From the NCBI GenBank assembly GCA_964510585.1, contig CAZECW010000138.1, positions 1 through 5,471 on the forward strand: 5,471 nucleotides of DNA, in the 5' to 3' direction. Source of the DNA: an uncultured archaeon. GTDB taxonomy: Archaea; Asgardarchaeota; Jordiarchaeia; Jordiarchaeales; Jordiarchaeaceae. The position numbers and the translations under genes were made by a program. This document shows positions 1 through 5,471 of the stretch, piece by piece. The notes under the pieces were generated by a model, which was not told the origin of the DNA, did no database searches, and saw nothing but the letters and a program-made list of their open reading frames with translations. Positions within the stretch are counted from its first letter, which is position 1. The number at the start of each line of letters is the position of its first letter.

Positions 1-139
1 CCCCCATGAGGGTGCCAACATAGACGCCGTTCCCTTGAGGGAAGGGCGTGTTAACTGGGTGATGGCACACCCATTGCTTCGAAGGCTCCCGATGAGCCAG
101 AAGCAAGAATCTCCCGACTTTAGTCGCGGAGAGTGTCAA
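1..139 (+). mobile_element. Right end (RE) of an IS200/IS605-family element; the element extends beyond the left window edge
   Basis: GAAT (107-110), then an imperfect hairpin CTCC-CGACT-TT-AGTCG-C-GGAG (111-131, single bulge at 127), then AGTG-TCAA ending at 139. This is the guide/hairpin/cleavage-site layout of the IS608 right end (G_R GAAT, C_R TCAA). The host ORF sequence resumes at 140. Confidence 0.9.
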
Positions 140-157
140 TACTTCCTGCATTGCTAA
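2..157 (+). CDS. tnpB: Probable C-terminal tail of a TnpB-family RNA-guided nuclease (5' partial)
   Basis: Frame +2 is open from the window edge to TAA 155-157: PHEGANIDAVPLREGRVNWVMAHPLLRRLPMSQKQESPDFSRGECQYFLHC*. The ...ESPDFSRGECQ ending is the kind of tail produced when tnpB reads through its own right-end hairpin. No RuvC or zinc-finger motif is visible in the window, so a non-autonomous or decayed element is possible. Confidence 0.55.
   Translation, partial: PHEGANIDAVPLREGRVNWVMAHPLLRRLPMSQKQESPDFSRGECQYFLHC
113..126 (+). repeat. 14-bp direct repeat CCCGACTTTAGTCG shared by the RE hairpin (113-126) and the LE hairpin (5359-5372)
   Basis: Exact identity read from the sequence. It indicates both ends belong to the same or closely related elements and are likely recognised by the same TnpA. 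Confidence 0.95.
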
Positions 158-1270
158 GTCGAAGATTTTTTGGGCTCTTTCAATGTTTCTGTGTGGTGGT
201 TTTTCGCCCATTGCTAATTGTACTAGTTCCAGTATGTGGAAGATTGGTGTCTTTCCCTGGCTTAGGATTTTTGCTATGGAGAGCACCCATTGGCAACCTC
301 CACAGTATAATGCCAGTGCGCTGGCTCCAGTTTTTTCGGCTTCTTTGTATCTTCTTACAGCTGCGTTCAGTATGTCATCGACACTGTGACTTCCGGCAAA
401 GGCGGCCATACCACAGCAGAGAGACTTGTCTCGGTTATGCTCCATTTCCACGATATCTGCTCCCAGAGTTTGTAGTATTTTCCTTGATAGGTCATAGTAT
501 TTGTTTCCGAAGGGTTTGGACTGGCAATTGTCGTGTACTGTTACTGTCCTGTTTAGCTTGATTTTTGTTTTAAGCCTTCCCTGTTCCAATTTTTCCCAGA
601 TCCAATCCAGTACATGAATAATTTCAAAGTTAAACCTCGCCCCAAAGCGGGGATAAATGTTCTTATACATGTTGCAGCCCGCTAAGCAAGGGATAATCAT
701 TTTCTTTACTCCAAGTTCTCGGAATTGTCTCTCAAGCTTTTTCGCAATCTGCTCAGATACTTCCAGAGCCCCTATTCTGTACCATGGTTCGCCGCAGCAC
801 AGCTCCAAGGAACCCATGAAATTTAACCCTTCAAAAATTTTGGAGAAACTAAGGTAAGATAGGAAAATCATGTTGCAGCCGGGATAAAATATTTCCTCAC
901 GTTTCCCAAGTTTGGCCCAGGACTCAACGGTTCTTTTCTCGTCCTCGGGAAGCTGCTCCAACAGAGCCGAGCCGAAGTTTGGAAACTGGTAGGGTAAGAA
1001 AAACTTTGCCGCCAGAGGTAACCCCCTCTCCCTGTAGCGCTCATACCACCGGTAAAGTATCAATTCGTAGGGGCGGCTGTTATTGGGACAAAAATTGTTG
1101 CAAGACATACAACTTGTACATCTAGTTAATACCTCGGTTTCCTCTCCGTCCACCAATTTTTTAAACTCTGCCTTCGCCCTGTCTATGGGCATCTCCAAAA
1201 TGGGGCATTGGTTTAAACACAAACCGCAAAGGTCACACGATTCTCTATCAAAAAAGTTGTACGAAGCCAA
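140..1270 (-). CDS. Fe-S oxidoreductase (2x[4Fe-4S] dicluster plus two CCG domains; HdrD/GlpC-like), interrupted near its C-terminus by the IS element
   Basis: Manual translation, not in the ORF track because no stop occurs before the window edge: (L/M)ASYNFFDRESCDLCGLCLNQCP...CTSCMSCNNFCP...YPGC-x25-CCG-x34-CLAGC...HDNC-x35-CCG-x35-CGGC...IFDLAMQEV. That is 377 codons from TTG 1270, after which the frame stays open through 139-2 on the IS antisense strand. GAGGTG lies 5 nt upstream of the TTG. An in-frame ATG at 1300 is the alternative start. Confidence 0.92.
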
Positions 1271-1275
1271 GAGAA

Positions 1276-1320
1276 CACCTCTCAACTTTAAGGCATTCAT
1301 CGTTTCACAAATATAAAAGT
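1276..1320 (-). promoter_or_regulatory. Putative archaeal TATA box (minus-strand TTTTATAT, 1318-1311) and Shine-Dalgarno GAGGTG (1281-1276) for the Fe-S gene
   Basis: The TATA-like element is about 40 nt upstream of TTG 1270, which fits a short leader containing the SD. It is too close to serve ATG 1300. Confidence 0.5.
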
Positions 1321-1456
1321 TTGATTCTAACTTGCTCACACCACCCTTAAGAATGAGCCTTAAAAAAGTGTTTAATTTCCTTTTCGTAGAAGCGATAGAA
1401 ATCTTAATTTATCTTAAAAAAGATGTTTTTAGAAGAGTATACTTTGTGGTGATGAT

Positions 1457-2359
1457 ATGTTAGATTCTGATCTTCAAATAAACGAACACTGTTACCAAAT
1501 AGATATACAGCAGTGGATGGTACCGCGGGTAGGAACATGCTACGTTGTTAAGGGCAATAAAATATTCTTAATCGATGCGGGAACCAGCCAAACAACAGAG
1601 AAGGTTTTAAAGACACTTGAAGAGTTCAAAATCAAACCAGACTCCATAGACGCCATAATCATTACACATGAGCACTATGACCATGGAGCTGGCGTTGCAG
1701 GGCTTCTGGAAAGGATGCCCACCACCATTGTTTTAGCCTCGGAAAAAACCGCCGAAATACTAAAAGACCCCAGAGACTTTCTTGAAACCTCAAAAAAGCA
1801 CTATGGCGAAGCAGCGGGCCTAGTCAGCCCATTCCCACCAGTGAAAAATGTGGAAATAATTGAGGAGGGAGATACAATTGACCTTGGAGGAGGAGTGAGC
1901 TTGGAGGTGGTGGCTCTCCCGGGACATACGCCGGGAAGCATAGGATTATTTGAGTCTAAAACCAAGACATTCTTTGCGGGCGATGCAGTCTGCAACTACA
2001 ACGCCCAGTACGAGTTTTACATGCCGCCCTCGTTCCCAGAACTTTTCAACTATGAAGAATACCTAAAATCCCTAGACAAAATACTCGGCTACGACTTCAA
2101 TTACCTGTGCATGGGACACTTTGGAACCCAAACGCAGCCAAAAGCAAAACAGGTGGTGAAAAAAGCCGCAGAAATAGCAAAGGAGTGGAAGAAAATAATA
2201 GTGGAAACTTATCGAAAAACCAAAAGTGAAGAAAAAGTATACCAAAAACTACTAGAAAAATATGGGGACAACGAATACGTAAAAAACTTCCCAGAAATAA
2301 TTCGAAAAAGCATACTCAGCCAACTAATAAGAGGATACATAATCTCACTAAAACTCTAA
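1457..2359 (+). CDS. Metallo-beta-lactamase-fold metallohydrolase (glyoxalase II-like superfamily), substrate unknown
   Basis: 300 aa with LIDAG, the HxHxDH motif (H71-E-H73-Y-D75-H76), PGH157TPG, GD176A and GH221FG. SD GGTGA at 1448-1452. Confidence 0.93.
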   Translation: MLDSDLQINEHCYQIDIQQWMVPRVGTCYVVKGNKIFLIDAGTSQTTEKVLKTLEEFKIKPDSIDAIIITHEHYDHGAGVAGLLERMPTTIVLASEKTAEILKDPRDFLETSKKHYGEAAGLVSPFPPVKNVEIIEEGDTIDLGGGVSLEVVALPGHTPGSIGLFESKTKTFFAGDAVCNYNAQYEFYMPPSFPELFNYEEYLKSLDKILGYDFNYLCMGHFGTQTQPKAKQVVKKAAEIAKEWKKIIVETYRKTKSEEKVYQKLLEKYGDNEYVKNFPEIIRKSILSQLIRGYIISLKL

Positions 2360-2536
2360 AGACGACCAAAAAGGAACAATAAAGCACATGCGGCTACCAT
2401 AAAAAGAAGCAAAAAAACCGAAAAACCAAGTTTTCGCATCCACCCAAAAAGATAAGCGCCCATTATCCCCCTACAGTTTAGTAACCCTAGAATACGCAAA
2501 AACCGAATCCTAATCAACGACAAAGATGACGCAAGA

Positions 2537-2543
2537 TTTAAAT
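2537..2543 (+). promoter_or_regulatory. Possible TATA box for the HMGS-like/thiolase operon
   Basis: TTTAAAT preceded by purine-rich sequence in the 279-bp intergenic gap, about 95 nt upstream of ATG 2639. Supported by motif resemblance only. Confidence 0.25.
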
Positions 2544-2638
2544 TCCTAAAGAATTCAATGTGTGCAAACCAAAAAAATGGAAGATTCAAGAAAGAGGTAG
2601 GATAATTAACTCAAAAGTTTTGAGAGGCGAAATGAAAA

Positions 2639-4060
2639 ATGGTTGGGATAAAGGCATGTGGAGCCTACATTCCTCTCTACAGCCTAAGTCGAGAACTGAT
2701 CGCTAAAGCATGGGACTTCCCCCCAGTGCCCGGAAGCAGAGCCTTGGCGAATAATGATGAGGACAGCATAACCATGGCAGTTGAAGCCGGCTGGGACTGC
2801 CTACACAAAATTGAGCCCAAAACAGTTGACGGAGTCTACTTCGCCACCACAACATCACCTTACGCTGAGAAGCAAGGCGCAGCCCTCATAGCGGCGGCCC
2901 TGGATATGAGAAAAGACGTCCAAACCATAGACTTCACAGACTCCCTCAGAGCCGGCACAACAGCCATGATAGCTGCATATAACGCCATCAAGAGCGGCAC
3001 GGCAAACAGCATACTTGTTGTAGCCTCCGACTGCCGCATAGCCGAACCAGAAAGCATGTTTGAATTTCAAATGGGAGACGGAGCCGCAGCCGTACTACTA
3101 TCTAAAGATGATGTAGGAGCCACCATAGAAGGATTCCACACAGTCTCCGAAGAATTTACTGGTCCCTGGAGGAGAGCCAAAGATACCTACATAAGGGAAT
3201 TCGAGGTTAAACACGACGGAATATATGGATTCGCAAACCAGGTTGGCGCAGTCCTAATGGGGCTAGCCCAGAAATACAAATTAGATCCCAAATCGGTGTC
3301 CAAGCTCATTATGTATGCACCAGACCCCCGAGCCCCCGTAGAAATAGCTAAGAGAATGGGGGTTGATGCGAAAAACGTTCAAGACACTATGTTCTTCTCA
3401 ATAGGAAACACTGGAACCGCCTTGGCCCCCATGATGCTTGTGGCAGCCTTGGAACAAGCACAACCAAACCAGAAAATGGTTGTGGTGGGGGTTGGAGACG
3501 GAGCCGACGCCCTACTGCTAAACACCACAGACAAGGTTTCACAAATAAAAGGCAAGAGGGGAGTAACTGGGCACATATTTTCAATGAAACCCCTCAAAAA
3601 CTATAATGAATACATAAGAAACAAACAACTATTGGAGAGAGAACGGTTCTCCAGAAGAACCAGCACCGTAATCTACTACCGGGACAAAGCCAAAATCCTA
3701 AACCTCCACGGAATGAAATGCAAAGCCTGCGGAACAATACAGTACCCCATCCAGAGAGTGTGCATGGAGTGTGGAGCGAAAGACAACTGGGAAGAAATAA
3801 GATTGCCAAAAACAGGAAAAGTGTTCACGTTCACACTAGACCACCTTGTAGGAGGCGAATACCTAGTAACGCCAGTACCACGAATAGTAGTAAACCTAGA
3901 CGGTGGAGGAAAAATCTTCCTCGAAATGACTGACTGTGAACCCAACGAGGTAAAAATAGACATGCCCGTAGAACTCACATTCCGGTGGCTGCACGAATCA
4001 GCCTACTTCAGACACTACTACTGGAAATGCCGACCGGTAAGAGGAGGAATATCAAAATAA
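2639..4060 (+). CDS. HMG-CoA synthase/FabH-like domain (catalytic residues lost) fused to a C-terminal DUF35 zinc-ribbon/OB-fold domain
   Basis: 473 aa. The N-terminal part has HMGS-fold motifs (EDSITMAVEA, SPYAEK, VVASD, GDGAAA, IGNTG, GDGADA). The C-terminal part has C361xxC364-x10-C375xxC378 followed by GKVFTFT, VNLDGGG and VELTFR, typical of DUF35. SD GAGAGG at 2622-2627. Confidence 0.9.
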   Translation: MVGIKACGAYIPLYSLSRELIAKAWDFPPVPGSRALANNDEDSITMAVEAGWDCLHKIEPKTVDGVYFATTTSPYAEKQGAALIAAALDMRKDVQTIDFTDSLRAGTTAMIAAYNAIKSGTANSILVVASDCRIAEPESMFEFQMGDGAAAVLLSKDDVGATIEGFHTVSEEFTGPWRRAKDTYIREFEVKHDGIYGFANQVGAVLMGLAQKYKLDPKSVSKLIMYAPDPRAPVEIAKRMGVDAKNVQDTMFFSIGNTGTALAPMMLVAALEQAQPNQKMVVVGVGDGADALLLNTTDKVSQIKGKRGVTGHIFSMKPLKNYNEYIRNKQLLERERFSRRTSTVIYYRDKAKILNLHGMKCKACGTIQYPIQRVCMECGAKDNWEEIRLPKTGKVFTFTLDHLVGGEYLVTPVPRIVVNLDGGGKIFLEMTDCEPNEVKIDMPVELTFRWLHESAYFRHYYWKCRPVRGGISK

Positions 4061-4088
4061 AAAATTGATAAGAAGGTGGAATGAAAAA

Positions 4089-5258
4089 ATGCCAGGAAGC
4101 ATAAAAGATAGAGTCGCAATTATGGGTGTGGGATACACCAAATTTGGAGAACTATGGGACAAAAGCCAAGAAGACCTCCTAGTAGATGCAGCCTACGAAG
4201 CCTACAATGACGCCGGGATAGAACCCAAAGACATAGACGCAATATGGGTTGGAGTATTCTACTATTTCACCGGCCTATCAGGATGCACCGCAGTAGAACC
4301 CCTAAAACTTTTTGGAAAACCCGCAACCCGGGTAGAAAACTTCTGCGCCTCAGGAATGGACGCCTTCCGAAACGCCTGCTTCGCAGTAGCCAGCGGAGTC
4401 TACGACATTGCACTCGCCTGCGGAGTAGAAAAGCTCATGGACTCTGGATCCCGAGGACTACCCGGACTAAAAGACTTTGGCCACCCCGTATATGGAAATG
4501 CCAGCGCACCAGCAATGTTCGCACTAGCAGCCACAAGAGCATTCCATAAGTATGAGTGGACAAAAGAAGACCTAGCCAAAGTTGCGGTTAAAAACCACTA
4601 CAATGGTGCAGCACACCCCAAGGCCCACTTCAGAAGAGAAATAAAAATCGAAGAGGCACTAAACGCACCAATGATTGCCGCACCACTAGGCAGATACGAC
4701 TGCTGCGCAATGTCTGACGGAGCAGCCGCACTAATTTTAACCCGCCCCGAGATCGCAAAGCAATACAAGCACAAGGACGACTACGTGCTCGTTAAGGGCA
4801 ATGGATTAGCAGTGGAAACCGTAATGCCCTTCTACAAGCCCAGCTTCGACTACCTAGGCTTCCCAGCCACACAGAAAGCCGCACAGGAAGCCTACAAGCA
4901 GGCGGGAATAAAGGATCCCAGAAAAGAAATCAGCTGCGCCGAAGTGCATGACTGCTTCACAATAACAGAGCTCCTCAACTACGAAGACTTGGGATTCTGC
5001 AAAAAGGGCGAAGGAGCCGAACTAATCCGAGAAGGAGTTACAGCAATAGATGGAGAGTTACCAGTCAACCCCAGCGGCGGACTCAAATGCTTCGGCCACC
5101 CCATAGGAGCCTCTGGATGCCGCATGCTAGTAGAAATCACCAAGCAACTGCAGGGCAGGGCTGACGGTAGACAGGTGAAAGACCCCGTCTTGGGTCTTGC
5201 TCACAACCTAGGCGGTCCAGCTTCTGTGGCCTCTGTTACCATTCTGGGCAGAACATAG
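4089..5258 (+). CDS. Thiolase-family protein, SCP2/SCP-x type (acetyl-CoA C-acyltransferase-like)
   Basis: 389 aa from ATG 4089 (SD GGTG at 4075-4078; the ORF track's TTG 4065 lies upstream of this SD). Motifs: nucleophile ENFCASG (Cys codon 4344-4346), SDGAAA, EVHDCFT (4947-4958), GHPIGASG and HNLGG in place of the classical CxGGG. It starts 28 nt after the fusion gene, so the two are probably co-transcribed. Confidence 0.93.
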   Translation: MPGSIKDRVAIMGVGYTKFGELWDKSQEDLLVDAAYEAYNDAGIEPKDIDAIWVGVFYYFTGLSGCTAVEPLKLFGKPATRVENFCASGMDAFRNACFAVASGVYDIALACGVEKLMDSGSRGLPGLKDFGHPVYGNASAPAMFALAATRAFHKYEWTKEDLAKVAVKNHYNGAAHPKAHFRREIKIEEALNAPMIAAPLGRYDCCAMSDGAAALILTRPEIAKQYKHKDDYVLVKGNGLAVETVMPFYKPSFDYLGFPATQKAAQEAYKQAGIKDPRKEISCAEVHDCFTITELLNYEDLGFCKKGEGAELIREGVTAIDGELPVNPSGGLKCFGHPIGASGCRMLVEITKQLQGRADGRQVKDPVLGLAHNLGGPASVASVTILGRT

Positions 5259-5279
5259 ACAATTGAGTTAGAATGATCA

Positions 5280-5336
5280 TTGGCTCAAGCGTAAGAGCCA
5301 ACCTATTTATTTCTCCTTTCTATTTTGAAAATTTTT
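5280..5336 (+). terminator. Putative terminator: 7-bp hairpin followed by a T-rich tract
   Basis: TTGGCTC (5280-5286) pairs with GAGCCAA (5295-5301), followed by TATTTATTTCTCCTTTCTATTTT, starting about 20 nt after the thiolase stop. Confidence 0.5.
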
Positions 5337-5338
5337 AC

Positions 5339-5471
5339 AAAACCTTGGCGAGAAAGCCCCCGACTTTAGTCGTGGGGATGAATCGCCAGAAAGTTTATTT
5401 GAAAGTATGGTATATAAATAGTTGTTGGTAGCTGAAGGGTTTGGCTTGGGCTTAAGAGGCTAAACAAGACG
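5339..5471 (+). mobile_element. Left end (LE) of an IS200/IS605-family element; the element extends beyond the right window edge
   Basis: TTAC (5335-5338), AAAACCTTGGCGAG, AAAG (5353-5356), then the hairpin CCCC-CGACT-TT-AGTCG-T-GGGG (5357-5377, bulged T 5373), with an outer stem TGGCGA (5346-5351)/TCGCCA (5383-5388). This closely follows the IS608 left end (C_L TTAC, G_L AAAG, bulged-T hairpin). Confidence 0.9.
5411..5418 (+). promoter_or_regulatory. Putative TATA box inside the IS left end, likely driving the element's gene(s)
   Basis: TATATAAA just downstream of the LE hairpin. No convincing start codon or ORF is visible before the window ends. Confidence 0.4.

Larger units (their letters stand above)
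1..159 (+). ncRNA. Putative TnpB omegaRNA (reRNA): scaffold up to 139 plus about 16-20 nt of flank-derived guide (140-159); 5' end may lie outside the window
   Basis: Four consecutive stem-loops: 24-49 (ACGCC/GGCGT plus TTCCC/GGGAA), 56-73 (TGGGTG/CACCCA), 74-106 (TTGCTTC/GAAGCAA enclosing GGCTC/GAGCC) and 111-131. The loop TGGCA (63-67) can pair with TGTCA (134-138) as a pseudoknot. Right-end-encoded omegaRNAs with a flank-derived guide are established for TnpB. Confidence 0.7.

Noticed and set aside
1-139. IStron (group I intron-IS hybrid) that would splice out and repair the Fe-S mRNA
   Set aside because: IStrons lie in the same orientation as the host transcript, with the RE at the 3' splice site. 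Here the host gene is antisense, and no group I core is visible in the window.
758-764. TACTTCC match to the first 7 nt of the predicted guide
   Set aside because: Only 7 nt match, and it is preceded by CAGA rather than TTAC. This is expected by chance.
133-1316. Plus-strand ORFs 133-561, 183-389, 657-857 and 1083-1316 from the ORF track
   Set aside because: They are antisense shadows of the minus-strand Fe-S gene, which carries clear Cys motifs. They have no recognisable domains.
2639-4060. Annotation as a functional mevalonate-pathway HMG-CoA synthase
   Set aside because: The catalytic Cys, Glu and His positions are replaced and the domain is fused to DUF35.
1452-4091. Out-of-frame ATGs 5-8 nt upstream of all three plus-strand starts (1452, 2632, 4081)
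   Set aside because: ATG 1452 is part of the GGTGAT SD, and the others sit in A-rich spacers. There is no evidence for regulatory uORFs.
1801-4549. Short ORFs inside the MBL, fusion and thiolase genes (1801-1995, 2855-3070, 2860-3057, 3379-3597, 3387-3584, 3594-3809, 3676-3978, 3718-3933, 4244-4549)
   Set aside because: They are fully nested in well-supported genes and show no motifs of their own.
5280-5301. GGCTC...GAGCCA hairpin resembling the omegaRNA stem at 84-99
   Set aside because: The match is short, the loops differ, and a terminator role explains the hairpin.
5390-5471. Start of tnpB or end of a divergent tnpA just inside the LE
   Set aside because: Plus-strand TTG starts hit stops quickly. 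The one open frame (RVWLGLKRLNKT) lacks a start. Minus-strand frames show no TnpA-like C-terminus. There is too little sequence to call.
1-5471. CRISPR array, tRNA or rRNA genes
   Set aside because: No regularly spaced repeats or cloverleaf/rRNA signatures were seen. The only long repeat is the two-copy IS hairpin core.

Overview
Probably archaeal DNA, judged from GGTGA/GAGGTG ribosome-binding sites, TATA-like boxes and the gene families; the lineage cannot be fixed from sequence alone. A 5,199-bp metabolic segment (140-5338) sits exactly between two IS200/IS605-family ends in the same orientation. On the left is an IS608-like right end (GAAT guide, hairpin, TCAA terminus at 139) inside a structured, omegaRNA-like region that also encodes a TnpB-like C-terminal tail. 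On the right is an IS608-like left end (TTAC target 5335-5338, AAAG guide, hairpin with the same 14-bp core). The segment holds four genes: a minus-strand 2x[4Fe-4S] + 2xCCG oxidoreductase that is absent from the supplied ORF track because it is interrupted by the IS and reads off the window edge, a divergent MBL-fold hydrolase, an HMG-CoA-synthase-like/DUF35 fusion that appears catalytically dead, and an SCP2-type thiolase. The most striking observation is that joining the two IS flanks as IS608 chemistry predicts (TTAC|TACTTCC) restores the Fe-S gene in frame with a short tail and stop, and creates the exact target of the predicted TnpB guide. This suggests a tandem, circular or paralog-homing arrangement, but coincidence is not excluded.
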